DNA from: Spirulina sp.
GTDB lineage: Bacteria > Cyanobacteriota > Cyanobacteriia > Phormidesmidales > Phormidesmidaceae
Direction: 5' to 3'
Assembly (NCBI GenBank): GCA_044070495.1
Contig: JBIPSI010000039.1
Coordinates: forward strand, 1 to 43,743
Length of the DNA stretch: 43,743 nucleotides
Under the pieces are notes generated by a model. It saw only the letters and a program-made list of their open reading frames with translations, did not search any database and was not told the origin of the DNA. The position numbers and the translations under genes were made by a program. Position 1 is the stretch's first letter; every line of letters starts with the position of its first letter. Shown one piece after another: positions 28,206-39,291 of this stretch.

Positions 28206-28833
28206 GCAATTTTAGGACTGAAATCAGCAAAGCGGGCTTGGTTAACCTAGGAGGTCACGCAACGGAAACGTCCGTCAGCCCATCCGTAAATATCGCCGCA
28301 GAACCTTCTATCAGACCATCTTAGACATCACACCACAACAAACAGTTCCCCAAGGCACAAAGCCGTAGACCGCCACTATGGAACCCTGACAAACCATGGC
28401 CCTAGAGCTATGACCTACCCTGTCTCCACAACAGGCCAACCACAGTGAACCAGTCATTCCTTGGGCGGCAGCCACCATCGGTTGACTAGAGCCGAAGGGG
28501 GACGATAGCCCAAGCAACGGGGGAACTAGCGAACAGAGATCTGTCCAGCTAGGCTCATAGTCTAGCATTCCCCACGGGTGGGCAGTAGCCCTAAATCGTT
28601 ACAAAGATTACTGAATTTGGGTGTGGTTGTCCGAATTCCAGGGTGCCGGTCTGGGGGTAGTGGTCGGGGAACCCAGGATCGGTGGCCAAGCAAAAACCCC
28701 TAACCACGACCCGCTGGGGGCTGGGCTAAGGGCTGTTTCCTAGGCAACAAACCGTGGAGAACGTAACCAAGGCTTGCCTAGGCTTTCGGGTTTGAACCCT
28801 GATACCCAGTCCCGGTTGACGCCCCCGGTTTTG

Positions 28834-28859
28834 GTGGGCGAGGAGACCTCACCCCTACG
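28834..28859. repeat. GTAG-type REP-like palindrome
   Basis: GGGCGAGGAGACCTCACCCCTAC; inverse-oriented relative at ~31497-31521 (GGGGCGAGGTCTCCTCGCCCC). Confidence 0.6.
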
Positions 28860-28941
28860 TGCCGCTAAACGGGTGGGGCTTGGGGAATCCATCAGGTGGG
28901 GTATCTGCGACGGTCTGTTCCCCGGTGAGGGAGGATTCCCA

Positions 28942-30588
28942 TTAGCGGCGTTGGCGGAAGTCGTTGAGCCATTCCCTCATTTGGTCGGCGGCAACTTCGC
29001 GCCCCCCTAGGCCAAAGGCCAGCGCGATAGACACCGCCACGGCCCCCAAGAGCAGACCAAAGGCCAGATTGACAATATCGGGAGCCACACCCATTTGCTG
29101 TAGGGCCATGGCACCGACAAAGATCAAGATGGTGATGCGGCTGGCGTGGGCCAGGGTTCGGGCTTGGCCAGTCCCCATGGCGCTCACGAGGCGGAAGGCC
29201 AAGTTGGCCAGATATAGCCCCACCGCAAAGACCACCAGGCCACTGAGCACTCGCACGCCAACCCGCAGCACAGCCCGCACGATGTCCGTTAGGGCGGCAA
29301 AATTGAGGATCTCGGTGGCGGTGACAGCCCCAAAGAGCACGATGGCCACCAGGGTAACGATGCCCACCAGTTCCGACGGGGTGCGCCCAGGGGAGGTGAC
29401 GGGGGCCAAGGGTGCGCCCTCAACCTCTAGTCCGGGGGGGGTGGGCTGGGGATCTTGCTGGAGTTCCGGCAAGCCCAGGACATTGAGGATGTTGTCAAAG
29501 CCAGCGTTACGGAGCAATTCGGTGACCAAGTTGGCCACAAATTGGCCCACAAAGTAAGCCGCCGTCAACACCACCCCGGCCATAATCACCTGGGGAATGG
29601 CCGTCATCACCTGCTCTAGCATGGCGATGGCGGGGGCCGAAATGGCATCAATGGCCAGTTCGTTGAGGGCCGCTACCACCGTGGGAATCAGCACCAGAAC
29701 GTAGATCAGGGTACCGACCAGGCCTGACAGGGAAAGCCCTTCGCTGGCGGTCGATTTCAAGCCGAGGCGGGGGCCAATTTGATCGGCTCCAATGGCGATT
29801 AACAAATTGGTGGCGACCCCACGCACAATCCGCGCAATGATCCAGCCTAGGGCCAAAATCAGGCCCGCCGTAATTAGCCGAGGGATGGCCTGCAAGAAGG
29901 CGTTGATCAGTTCCTCCACGGGGGCCAGCAGCCCTGGCAGTTGAAGGGCGCTCAGCACTAGGGGAATAAACAGCAGCAGAATGAACCAAAACAGCACATT
30001 GCCGATGGTTTCATTCAGCACTACAGGGCTTTGACCACCCTCCAATCCGGCTTGCTGGGCTAGGCGGTCATCCAAATTAAACCGCCCTAGCCCATTGACA
30101 ACGAGGGTTCGCACCAGGGTCGCCACGATCCAACCAATGCCGAGCAGCAGGGCTGCACCGCCAATTCTGGGCAGATAGGCAAAAATCTGATCCAGGAAGT
30201 TGTTCAGCGGGGTCGATACCGCCGTTAGATTGAGGGCGTTGAGGGAGGCGATAATGGCGAACAGAAAAATCAGCCAGTACACCAGGGTGGCGGCCCACTG
30301 TTCCACGGGTAGCTTTTGATCGTTGGGGGTGCCCGTGGCCCAATTGGCTAGGCGATCATCAATGCGGGTACGCTTCAGCACATTTTTGACCGCTAGCGCG
30401 ATCACCGTGGCGAGAATCCAGCCCAGCACCAGCAACACCACTGCCCAGACTAAACTGGGCAAAAACTGTCCCAACTGCACCGAAATCTCCTCCAAAAAAC
30501 GACTGAAGGAGGTGACGGGGTTGGTGGAAATCGGCACCGGGTCAACCTGGGCCAACGGGGGAATAGAGTAGGGTAGAAACATATACAT
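28942..30588 (-). CDS. CmpX-like / mechanosensitive-channel TM-helix repeat protein
   Basis: Repeated (Y/F)LP.L..A.LIL..GWI.A units; C-terminal ALAFGLGGREVA. Confidence 0.85.
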   Translation of the reverse strand: MYMFLPYSIPPLAQVDPVPISTNPVTSFSRFLEEISVQLGQFLPSLVWAVVLLVLGWILATVIALAVKNVLKRTRIDDRLANWATGTPNDQKLPVEQWAATLVYWLIFLFAIIASLNALNLTAVSTPLNNFLDQIFAYLPRIGGAALLLGIGWIVATLVRTLVVNGLGRFNLDDRLAQQAGLEGGQSPVVLNETIGNVLFWFILLLFIPLVLSALQLPGLLAPVEELINAFLQAIPRLITAGLILALGWIIARIVRGVATNLLIAIGADQIGPRLGLKSTASEGLSLSGLVGTLIYVLVLIPTVVAALNELAIDAISAPAIAMLEQVMTAIPQVIMAGVVLTAAYFVGQFVANLVTELLRNAGFDNILNVLGLPELQQDPQPTPPGLEVEGAPLAPVTSPGRTPSELVGIVTLVAIVLFGAVTATEILNFAALTDIVRAVLRVGVRVLSGLVVFAVGLYLANLAFRLVSAMGTGQARTLAHASRITILIFVGAMALQQMGVAPDIVNLAFGLLLGAVAVSIALAFGLGGREVAADQMREWLNDFRQRR

Positions 30589-30838
30589 TTCGGGGCTTAA
30601 GGATCATCCTGAGGGGAGCGAATCAGGTCAGATAGCCACCTAGCGCTGAACCTACCTACCGTATCCTAAGGATGAGGATGGCAGGTCGCAGATTGCCAGA
30701 GGGCCGTCCCTGACCACACCGTAAACCGTATCACCCCATCCCGATTCCTTCAAATTGCTTAGCAACATTTCTCAGAACAGGAACCGTAAAATAACTGACC
30801 TAAGCTATGAATAAAACACTCAATTTTTAAAGGATCGT

Positions 30839-30870
30839 TAATAGGTCATAAATGTAATAGGTCATAAATG
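30839..30870. repeat. perfect 16-bp tandem duplication in a divergent promoter region
   Basis: TAATAGGTCATAAATG x2. Confidence 0.8.
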
Positions 30871-30896
30871 TCCCACAGTCGGAGATTCGCCACCCT

Positions 30897-31343
30897 ATGC
30901 CAGACCCTACGGTTTTTCAGCAATCCATTACAATCCAGGCTGCGCCAGGGGTGGTAGATCGCTGTTTCACGGATCTGCCTAGGATGCACCAATGGCTGAA
31001 TCCAGCCCTACGCTGTGAACCCATTGATCCCTGGGATACCCAGGCGGGAAGCCGCTGTTGGTTCAGGCTGCAAATTCCCCTCTGGCAACCCAGTCTTCAC
31101 TGTACGGTGGTAGAACGAGGGCCAGGGCTGATTGTCTGGGCCTTTGATGGGTTTTTCCAGGGCCAAGATCGCTGGCAGTATGACCCTACACCCGAGGGTA
31201 CGGTTTTGCTGAACCGCTTCGAGTTTGTCATTCCCAATGCCCTGGTGGCCTGGGGCTTTCAGACCGTGGCCGCCCCCTGGACTCGGCGCGATATGCAGGC
31301 CCAATTGCAGCGCCTTAAGGCCCTGGCTGAGGCCCAAGCCTAG
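30897..31343 (+). CDS. SRPBCC (polyketide cyclase/START-like) protein
   Basis: FQQSITIQA..V..C.TD...MHQWLNP; DMQAQLQRLK.LAE. Confidence 0.85.
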   Translation: MPDPTVFQQSITIQAAPGVVDRCFTDLPRMHQWLNPALRCEPIDPWDTQAGSRCWFRLQIPLWQPSLHCTVVERGPGLIVWAFDGFFQGQDRWQYDPTPEGTVLLNRFEFVIPNALVAWGFQTVAAPWTRRDMQAQLQRLKALAEAQA

Positions 31344-31579
31344 GGACGCAAATCATGGGGCAGGGCAGGCAGCGTGGCTCCTTAACGCACCGTGGGGATC
31401 GCCGCCACGACAATCCCCACGCAACATCGATAGGTTTTGGTAACTCATACCAGATCCGAGGTAGAAAACCCCGATTCCTAATCTGTTTAACCCTACGGAG
31501 GGGCGAGGTCTCCTCGCCCCCTAAATCGGGGATAGCCAAGCAGGATTTGCGTCAGGCGGGACTTGATATGACCTAGAGC

Positions 31580-32293
31580 TTAGCGACCACCGCCGGAATT
31601 GCCGGAATTGCCGGGATTGCCGGATGGCCCACGCCCTTGACCAGGGGCACCGGCTGGGCCACGACCTCGGTTATCGGGGCGTAGAGCCTCGCGTAGGGCG
31701 TCTTCGCTGACCCCCAGTTGGGCGGCGGCGGCGGCAAAGTCGGGACGGTCGGGAATACCCATAATGCGGCGGAACTCGGCCTCACTGACGCCGTACTGCT
31801 GGGCAAGGGCAGTGAAGTCTGGGGGGCCAGCCTGGGGGCCTTGGCCCTGACGCTCTTGGCGCTGGGTTTGCATGAAGTTGTGCATGGTTTCCCGCAGTTC
31901 GTCCTCGGTGGTGCCGAGTTCGGCGGCGGCGGTAGCTAGGTCAGGACGTTCTGGGCGTTGATCGGGAACCCCTAGGGCCGACCGCAGGGCGTCTTCCGTC
32001 ACCCCTAGTTCGGCGGCGGCTTCTGCGACATGTTCATTGAAACGTTCGCCCCGTGGCCCTTGTCCTTGGCAAGCCCCAGGGACTTGGCCCTGGCCCCGAC
32101 CTTGGCCCCGACCTTGGCTCAAGACATCGTTATTGGACGGATTTTGATTACTTTGAGCGGTCATGCCAGGGGCAGATGGGCTGGTGGCGGCGACGGCTGG
32201 ACGAATCGGTGTGTTGCTGAGCAGGGTTAGCCCAACCAAGCCCACGAAACCAAAGCCAAGGGACGCTTTTAGAAGACTATGGTGTAGCGACAT
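31580..32293 (-). CDS. secreted hypothetical protein with four AAA.LGV.E..LR.AL repeats
   Basis: Signal peptide, GQGR low-complexity region, repeated helical unit. Confidence 0.75.
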   Translation of the reverse strand: MSLHHSLLKASLGFGFVGLVGLTLLSNTPIRPAVAATSPSAPGMTAQSNQNPSNNDVLSQGRGQGRGQGQVPGACQGQGPRGERFNEHVAEAAAELGVTEDALRSALGVPDQRPERPDLATAAAELGTTEDELRETMHNFMQTQRQERQGQGPQAGPPDFTALAQQYGVSEAEFRRIMGIPDRPDFAAAAAQLGVSEDALREALRPDNRGRGPAGAPGQGRGPSGNPGNSGNSGGGR

Positions 32294-32567
32294 AGGAGTT
32301 ATCAAACCTCGTACTCGTATAGGGATCTAGACCTCGTCCCTGAGGCAAAGGCGGACTGGCTTCAAGGAAGGTTCCTCGCTCTGGCCCGGACTGGGTCTAC
32401 GCTTCCCATTAAGCCAAGGCAACATGACGGAACCCTTACGGGTAAATTACAACTTTGTCATGATGGGTTCAGAACGGTCTGTCAAGATCGGGAATAACTC
32501 AGGCTGAGGGGATCAGAAATTCCATCGATCCTCTGGCCATCGATAATCATCAGGACGTTTAGCCACC

Positions 32568-33611
32568 GTGATCACAACCTCACCGAAAACCCTGGATACC
32601 TTTGACCCCAGCGGGGTTGGCTTGGATAATGGCAACCTCTACGGTCTACCCTGCAGCTATGAGGAGGCCAGCATTATTGTGTTTGGGGTGCCCTGGGAAG
32701 CCACCGTGTCCTACCACGAAGGAACGGCCCAGGGGCCAGCACGCGTTTTAGAGGCTTCCTCCCAGCTCGATCTCTACGACCGGGATAACCCGGAGGGCTG
32801 GCGACAGGGGATCTTTATGCCGCCGATTCCTCAGCCTTTGCACCAGTTGAATAACCACATGCGGGAGGCGGCTCACCGCGTTATCCAAGCCACGGAAAAG
32901 GGCATTGCCATCGCCAGCCAACCCCTGCTCCAGGAGTCCCTAGACCTAGTCAACCATGGCTGTGAACAAATGAACGGTTGGCTCTATGGCCAAGCCTCCC
33001 ACGCCCTCGATCAGGGGAAGCGAGTGGGTGTAATTGGCGGCGACCACAGCGTTCCCTTCGGCTATCTGCAAGCCCTGGCCGAGCGCTACCCCGACTTTGG
33101 CATCCTCCACATCGATGCCCACGCCGATTTGCGTTTGGCCTACCAGGGCTTTCGCTACTCCCACGCGTCGATCATGAACAACGCTCTCACCCTGCCCCAG
33201 ATCAGCAAATTGGTGCAGGTGGGCATTCGCGATATCTGCCACGACGAAGTGGCCATGATTGACCAATCCGCTGGCCGTATCGTCACCTACTACGACCCTG
33301 TGCTGAAGGAAAACCGCTACCAAGGCATGACCTGGCAGGCCCAGTGCGAGGCGATCATCGCCCATCTGCCCTCCCAGGTCTACGTGAGCGTGGATGTGGA
33401 TGGCCTAGACCCCAAGCTTTGCCCCCACACGGGTACCCCCGTTCCCGGCGGCCTAGAGATGGAGGAAGTCTTTTGTTTACTGCGTCAGGTCGTGCGTGGC
33501 GGTCGGCAAATTATCGGCTTTGACCTCTCGGAAACGGGCGATGGCGAGTGGGACGGCAACGTCAGTGCCAGGATGGTCTATAAACTCTGCTGCCTGATGG
33601 GGCTAACCTAG
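32568..33611 (+). CDS. agmatinase/ureohydrolase family protein
   Basis: GGDHS, HIDAHADLR, SHAS, SVDVDGLDP, TGTPVPGG. Confidence 0.93.
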   Translation: MITTSPKTLDTFDPSGVGLDNGNLYGLPCSYEEASIIVFGVPWEATVSYHEGTAQGPARVLEASSQLDLYDRDNPEGWRQGIFMPPIPQPLHQLNNHMREAAHRVIQATEKGIAIASQPLLQESLDLVNHGCEQMNGWLYGQASHALDQGKRVGVIGGDHSVPFGYLQALAERYPDFGILHIDAHADLRLAYQGFRYSHASIMNNALTLPQISKLVQVGIRDICHDEVAMIDQSAGRIVTYYDPVLKENRYQGMTWQAQCEAIIAHLPSQVYVSVDVDGLDPKLCPHTGTPVPGGLEMEEVFCLLRQVVRGGRQIIGFDLSETGDGEWDGNVSARMVYKLCCLMGLT

Positions 33612-33665
33612 GGCGGGCCGTTCCTTGTTTTAGGATGGACGATGCTCTGAATATAGACGATAGCC

Positions 33666-34583
33666 CTAGGCGCTGAGCCATGGTGATGGCGTTGGGGACG
33701 GCTGGGCCTGCACCAAGTTGAGAATCGCCTGGGCCACGGCCTGGGGTTGTTCTACCATCGCCATGTGGCCGCAGTGGGGGATGGGGATAACGGCGGTCTC
33801 TCCGGTTTGGGCACTGGGTAAATAGCCCGCCAGATGGCGTACAAACTTTAGATCCATGACGGGGTCTTGATCGCCTGCAATAAAGTAAAGCGGTGTTTGC
33901 AGGGTGCTCACCAGGCGGGGCAAGAGATGCACCTCATGCTCGGTGGTGGATTCCAAAAGGGAACCTAGGGCGGCATCGGCATCGGCTTCTAATAAATCCT
34001 TTAGGCGTTGGTGACCCCAGCGGTAGGCGAGGGGCTGCACCACCGAAGCCCGCGTCATGGCCCAGGAGAGGGGGGGCAGATAGCCTAGCCAGGGGGATCG
34101 CCACCGCACAATGGTTTGACCTACCTGGCGAAACTGACGAAATTCTCGCTCTAAATAGATCCCCCCTCCGGCATTGAGGCAAATCACACCCTTGACGCGG
34201 TCGGGGTAGCAGTGGGCTGCCCACAGGGCAATGCTGCCGCCCAGGGAATGCCCCACCAGCCACACCGGGCCAAGGTCAAGCTGGCGTAGCAGCTCCCCGA
34301 GGTCGCGGGCATAGGCGGCCAAGCCGTAGGGAGAGGCGCTGGATTGCAGGGCCTCGGCGGCGGCGGGCAGACCGGGCATGTACTGATCTAATTGATAGCG
34401 CGACTCACCAAACCCCCGCAGGTCGTAGTGCAGACAGGGGTGGGACTCTGTGAGGTAGGGCAATAGAGGTTGCCAATACTGCCGACTGAGCAACCAGCCA
34501 TGGACAAACACTAGGGGCGCTGCGTTACCGCCCGCTGCCAGATCGTAGGTATGGGGAACACCAAAAAGAGTCGCTGTGGCCAT
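33666..34583 (-). CDS. alpha/beta hydrolase
   Basis: FVHGW, DLRGFG, GHSLGG, GDQDPV, CGH. Confidence 0.92.
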   Translation of the reverse strand: MATATLFGVPHTYDLAAGGNAAPLVFVHGWLLSRQYWQPLLPYLTESHPCLHYDLRGFGESRYQLDQYMPGLPAAAEALQSSASPYGLAAYARDLGELLRQLDLGPVWLVGHSLGGSIALWAAHCYPDRVKGVICLNAGGGIYLEREFRQFRQVGQTIVRWRSPWLGYLPPLSWAMTRASVVQPLAYRWGHQRLKDLLEADADAALGSLLESTTEHEVHLLPRLVSTLQTPLYFIAGDQDPVMDLKFVRHLAGYLPSAQTGETAVIPIPHCGHMAMVEQPQAVAQAILNLVQAQPSPTPSPWLSA

Positions 34584-34597
34584 AGCTAGATCCTACG

Positions 34598-35314
34598 CTA
34601 GCTCGTGAGCCGAGCGCGTATTCCCTCAGCAATTTTGTGGCCCAGATATTCAGGAATCAAATTTTCGTTGGGGCCAAGCAGGTAGAGAATCAGCCGAGTG
34701 CGGCCTCGCCACACCAGCAGGTTGGCATTCACCACCAGCAGATCCTCCTGCCAGACGGCATACATCACCTTGTAAAACAGACCTGGCTGGTTATCGGCCT
34801 CAATTAATAGGGCGGGTAGGTGAAACACCGGATCCACATAAAACTCGGTTTCCACGCCCTCCAGCCCCGCATCGAGGTTAAACTCCACGGAGAGCATTTC
34901 TTCCACCTCAAAATGCCCCGCCAAGGATTCTTGAATGGCGCGGCATACGTTATCTGCGGTTTGGGGCGTCAGCGCCTTGCCGCCCCGCGACACCACCATT
35001 TTGATAAACACCAGCATGGGCGACGCAATTTGCCCATACAGGCTGAGGTTGTGGATCGTTAGCCCGTAGGCCGCCAGCACCCCAAAGATATCGCTGAGCA
35101 AAAACGACTGATTGCGATAGACAAAGAAGAGGGCATTTTTGCTGCCCTCTGGCCTAATCTCAATAACTGCTTTTTTCTGCTTATAGAGTTGATAGGCCAA
35201 CCGCAAGTTCTGTAGCTGGATCTCGCTACTGACAAACTGCTCATAGAACTGGGGAAACGCCCTGTTAAAGCGCTTTAACAGGTCTACGGTGGAGGGATTT
35301 AAGCCAGCGGCCAT
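34598..35314 (-). CDS. conserved protein with two ACT-like domains (GlnD C-terminus-like)
   Basis: RNQSFLLSDIFGVLAAYGLTIH and ADNQPGLFYKV motifs. Confidence 0.7.
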   Translation of the reverse strand: MAAGLNPSTVDLLKRFNRAFPQFYEQFVSSEIQLQNLRLAYQLYKQKKAVIEIRPEGSKNALFFVYRNQSFLLSDIFGVLAAYGLTIHNLSLYGQIASPMLVFIKMVVSRGGKALTPQTADNVCRAIQESLAGHFEVEEMLSVEFNLDAGLEGVETEFYVDPVFHLPALLIEADNQPGLFYKVMYAVWQEDLLVVNANLLVWRGRTRLILYLLGPNENLIPEYLGHKIAEGIRARLTS

Positions 35315-35863
35315 TTTAGAGAACAGGAACTCCATTGCGTTAACGCTAACACTCCTCCTGGAAAGGGAGAGGAATTGGGGGCAGCGGCGATGGGACAGAG
35401 TCCTGCCGAACGCTAGAGGGCTAGGCAGACCCCTCGCGTCAGACGGGAACGCCCGCAGGACTTTAGACGCCCGCAGGATCCGTCAATGCCAAACAACGGG
35501 AGCCTCACCCTGACCACCATCGCCCCCACCCCTACCCCTACCCCCATGCGTCGCTGAAAGATAGGATGTTGCCAATATTAACGGTTTGCTGCCATCCTAG
35601 GCGATGTCGCCATAGGAACATGACGCGGTCAAGTCAGAAATCCAAGGTTTACCCCCGCCAAGCCACGGCCAACCCTCGCTAAGGGGATGACTCACGCCGG
35701 AGATGCAGGGAAACGCGACAGTCCCAACCTTCCTCCTACGCCCTAGGGGAAGGCGTCTTACCCCAGCCGCAAACTGACCTGTCCAACGGCATACGGTTGC
35801 GACAAAATACTCTTAGACTAGAATGAGTCTGCCTATCTCCTCAGAATACTGAGTTGTGCCTGC

Positions 35864-36385
35864 ATGGGTTTCTGGAAGAATCTTTTTAATGGATCCGATG
35901 GTTCCGCACCGGGAGAGCCGGGGAGTTCTGGCACGGTGTTGGAGGCCATTCCAGAGCAGCAGGAGGGCAGCGCCATTATCTTCAGCACCGACCGAGAGCT
36001 TGACCTCTACGAGCTAGAGGAACTCTGCAACGCCGTGGGCTGGGCTAGGCGTCCCATTCGCAAGGTGCGCAAGGCCATCCAGCACAGCTACCTAGTGGTT
36101 ACCATGTGGGAACAGCGTGGGGTGCGGCGGCGGCTGATTGGCTTTTCGCGGGCCACCTCCGACCACGCCTTTAATGCCACCATCTGGGATGTGGTGGTGC
36201 ACCCCGATTTCCAGGGGCGGGGGCTGGGCAAAGAACTGATGAAGCAGATGATCAAAAAACTGCGTAGCGAAGACATCAGTAACGTCACCCTCTTTGCCGA
36301 TCCCCATGTGGTGGACTTTTACAAAGGTTTGGGCTTCATGCCCGATCCAGAGGGCATCAAAGGCATGTTTTGGTACCCCGACTAG
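35864..36385 (+). CDS. GNAT N-acetyltransferase (Ycf52-like)
   Basis: [38 protein letters not shown]. Confidence 0.92.
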   Translation: MGFWKNLFNGSDGSAPGEPGSSGTVLEAIPEQQEGSAIIFSTDRELDLYELEELCNAVGWARRPIRKVRKAIQHSYLVVTMWEQRGVRRRLIGFSRATSDHAFNATIWDVVVHPDFQGRGLGKELMKQMIKKLRSEDISNVTLFADPHVVDFYKGLGFMPDPEGIKGMFWYPD

Positions 36386-36623
36386 GGGACGCCCTCCCCC
36401 ACGGGACATGAGGCAAAGGAGTTTCTTAACCCAAGTCCAGGTTAAACAGCCTTGTTTGAACTTTGCAGCAACTTCAGGGCCGCGCCGACGGCAGCACCGT
36501 GCAGGCCATGGTTAAGACCAAGCTATCCGGCGCAAGCTAAGCCTGCGTTCCGACTGACAAAATTTGCCAGAACCCATATCCGTCAAAGGGTCAGGAGATC
36601 TGTCCCCGACATGATCCAAGGCT

Positions 36624-36782
36624 CTACTGAGCCTCACGGAGCTGCTGAATTTCCTCTAGGGTGGAGTCGTTTGTCCAGGCATGGATGGCGGTCCAGGCAA
36701 CCCAACCAAAAATACCAAGGGCCAAACAAAGCGTGACCGTAGAAATAAGCTGTTGCAAAGCAGGGCCAAAATAAACGCGCAT
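36624..36782 (-). CDS. small single-TM protein
   Basis: AGGAGG RBS, ATG at 36782, one hydrophobic helix. Confidence 0.55.
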   Translation of the reverse strand: MRVYFGPALQQLISTVTLCLALGIFGWVAWTAIHAWTNDSTLEEIQQLREAQ

Positions 36783-37244
36783 TGAGTCACCTCCTAAGCG
36801 AATCAAGCAACATCAATCAGAAACGAAGAAGGGAAGACAAACGGGCTAGATATGATTAAGGGGGAAGCCCGAAGTCATCGGTGATTTGGAAGTTTGATGA
36901 GCCGTAAGTACCCTTACGTTGGTGCCTCAGTAAAACCCGGAATAAGCTTAGCGTTGATTTACAACCGTATTTTTGCTGAGGGCAAAGAGGACCGTGAACA
37001 ACCCTGGGCTACTGTTACTGAGATCCTATAGGCCTAGGATACCCAAATTAAAGACCATTCTGCCGTGGAAACTACGGATTTGAGACGGCTAGGGGCGTTC
37101 CGATGGACTCTGCAAAGCGTAACGAAGCGTATCGGATTCGTTGCGACCTAATAACCTGTGCAACGTTTCTGGGCAGGGGGTTTCGCTAGAGAGAACTTGC
37201 TGATAGAACAGGAACACCAGTCATCTTCGGCGGGTGGTCTTGCC

Positions 37245-38153
37245 ATGGTCAAGTCTTCGCTTACCCCGTTTCGGCAGCGGGGGCAGGGGTCTGCCTCCAT
37301 CGATCAAACCGCCCAGCTTGCCTTGGCGGTGGCCGATGAAGTCTACCTGCGGTCGCTGTTGACCGATAGTCTGCCGACCCTTGCCCATCCCCACGAAATT
37401 GGGGCTGTTTCCATTCAGGTGGGGGTGCCGCTACAACAGCATCCCCAGTACAGCATCGATGGCGTCCTCACCTTCGAGCATATTCACTGCGTCCTGGCGG
37501 GGTCGGGGCCAGAGGTGCCGCCCTTGCCGGAGTTTCAGACCCACACCGAGTATCAGTCCGTCACCCACTGCCACTCCGACCTCACCACCCTGGCGGAAAA
37601 TGTCTCCTCCACCGAGGCCATGGATCTCTTGGCTAGGGCAGGCTTTGACCCCGATCAAATTCGCCACATTCTTCAGTTACCTTCCCAGGCTTGGCATCAT
37701 TCCTGGTGGTATGCCATCGGTGCCGAAGGATTTTTGTCCGTGCCCTTTCAGCGCCATATTCGCAGCCGTTGCTTTGCCGATGGCACCTTTACCCTCCAAT
37801 TCAAAGACGACTATGCCCAGGAACGGCCCCACGGCTTCCGCAGCCAGTCTCAGCCCCTGCCGGTGATGGTACACCAGCCGGGGCTGAGCTTTGGCGAAAA
37901 TCTCATCCGCATCAACCGCGCCCGCCGAGAACTGAGTAGCCCCCAAGCCCTGCTTGTGGCGACCGATCTGACGGAACTGGAAATTGAGGGCTATATTCGC
38001 CAAAATGTGAGTCTTGGCAATCAGCGGGGCATTCAGCGCCCCCTAGCGGCCAACTGTCACCTCTGCTACCGGGAACGCTGCCCGTTGCGTGGCATAGACG
38101 CTTCTCCGGTGATGGCCTGCCGCTCGTTTCTGCCTGCGGAAGCGGTGATTTAG
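37245..38153 (+). CDS. hypothetical protein with C-terminal Cys cluster
   Basis: Long ORF; CHLC....CP.........C at C-terminus. Confidence 0.75.
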   Translation: MVKSSLTPFRQRGQGSASIDQTAQLALAVADEVYLRSLLTDSLPTLAHPHEIGAVSIQVGVPLQQHPQYSIDGVLTFEHIHCVLAGSGPEVPPLPEFQTHTEYQSVTHCHSDLTTLAENVSSTEAMDLLARAGFDPDQIRHILQLPSQAWHHSWWYAIGAEGFLSVPFQRHIRSRCFADGTFTLQFKDDYAQERPHGFRSQSQPLPVMVHQPGLSFGENLIRINRARRELSSPQALLVATDLTELEIEGYIRQNVSLGNQRGIQRPLAANCHLCYRERCPLRGIDASPVMACRSFLPAEAVI

Positions 38154-38163
38154 GAGGCACGTC

Positions 38164-38296
38164 GCGAATTTCACTTGGGTGAAGTAGATTGAGATGATCC
38201 CCCCAGGTTCTATCGATAGTAGATTGACCTTACACCCCCCTTAATAAGGGGGGATGGGGGGATCTTCACGGTGCACCTCATTCCAGTGAAATCCGC
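38164..38296. mobile_element. degenerate MITE-like element related to 14100-14244
   Basis: GCGAATTTCACTTGGGTGAAGTAGATTGAGATGATCCCCCC resembles the 14102 left end; right end AGTGAAATCCGC is its inverted repeat. Confidence 0.6.
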
Positions 38297-38324
38297 ACTT
38301 ATACTGTCCGCACCATTGGCCCAT

Positions 38325-38354
38325 AAAAAAAGAGGCATAGCTAGGCTATACCCC
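38325..38354 (-). terminator. intrinsic terminator downstream of apcD
   Basis: Minus strand GGGGTATAG-CCTAG-CTATGCCTC followed by T7. Confidence 0.75.
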
Positions 38355-38437
38355 GTCAATCTGCATGGCTAACCCAAGGGCCGAAGGATTAGGGGAGAGC
38401 GGACAATCGCCCGAATCCCTAGCCGGAGGCCATCACC

Positions 38438-38923
38438 CTAGGACATGGCCTGGATGATGTAGTCAAAGTAGGGAGCGGCCTCGGCTGCGTCTTCGTCAGA
38501 CAGCAGGCTGAGGGAGGCTTCCTTGAGGCAGCGCACCGCTTCGGCCATACCGGGAACGGGCACATCCAGGGCGTTGTACATTTCGCGCACGCCAATCAGG
38601 CCAATGCTTTCGATGGGATCTTTATCTCCGGAGATCACACCATAGGTGATCAGCCGCAGATACCAGCCATAGTCGCGCAGGCACAGGGCGCGCTGCTTTT
38701 GGCCAAAGGCATTGCCACCGGGGGCGATGAAATCGGGCCGACGCCGCCACAGTTCGCGGCTGGCTTGGTCAACGATCTTTTTCTCGTTCTCAGACAGGGT
38801 GCTGGCGATGCGCATCCGCTGCTCACCCGTTTTCAAAAAGTCTTCGATGGCCTTCAGCTCACCGCTAGTCGGGTAGCGCAGCTCATCATCGGCGTTCAAA
38901 ATGACTTGGCTAACGACAGACAT
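38438..38923 (-). CDS. apcD: allophycocyanin-B alpha subunit
   Basis: [47 protein letters not shown]; standalone 161 aa. Confidence 0.95.
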   Translation of the reverse strand: MSVVSQVILNADDELRYPTSGELKAIEDFLKTGEQRMRIASTLSENEKKIVDQASRELWRRRPDFIAPGGNAFGQKQRALCLRDYGWYLRLITYGVISGDKDPIESIGLIGVREMYNALDVPVPGMAEAVRCLKEASLSLLSDEDAAEAAPYFDYIIQAMS

Positions 38924-39291
38924 AGTTAATTAATGACTGGGGATGACTCTTTTATCTCTGTTAGTGTAACCAGTTGGGGGCGTCAGGGAAAGTTATCTAG
39001 CCATGATCTAGCCTGGATTTCTGACAACTGAAAAACTGGAAGGAATCGACCAAGACGCTTATCTGGCAAGGGGTTAGGGCTTTTTGGCGTCTATGGGATG
39101 CATGAGAAATATTTTCGATCCCGTAACGTTTCGATACATTAGCGCCCGCTGAATGATGGTGGCCAATCGTCGAGGACAGATCCCAGGGTTCTGGCCGTGG
39201 GCAACGATCTAATCCATGGGCCTAGGCAGAACCCTGGGATCTTCTTGTCTGGCCCAAGAAACCTGGGATCTTCCTATCGGGTAGCGATGAT

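Noticed and set aside
35449..35478. Direct repeat ACGCCCGCAGGA x2
   Set aside because: Only two 12-bp copies in an intergenic region; no supportable function
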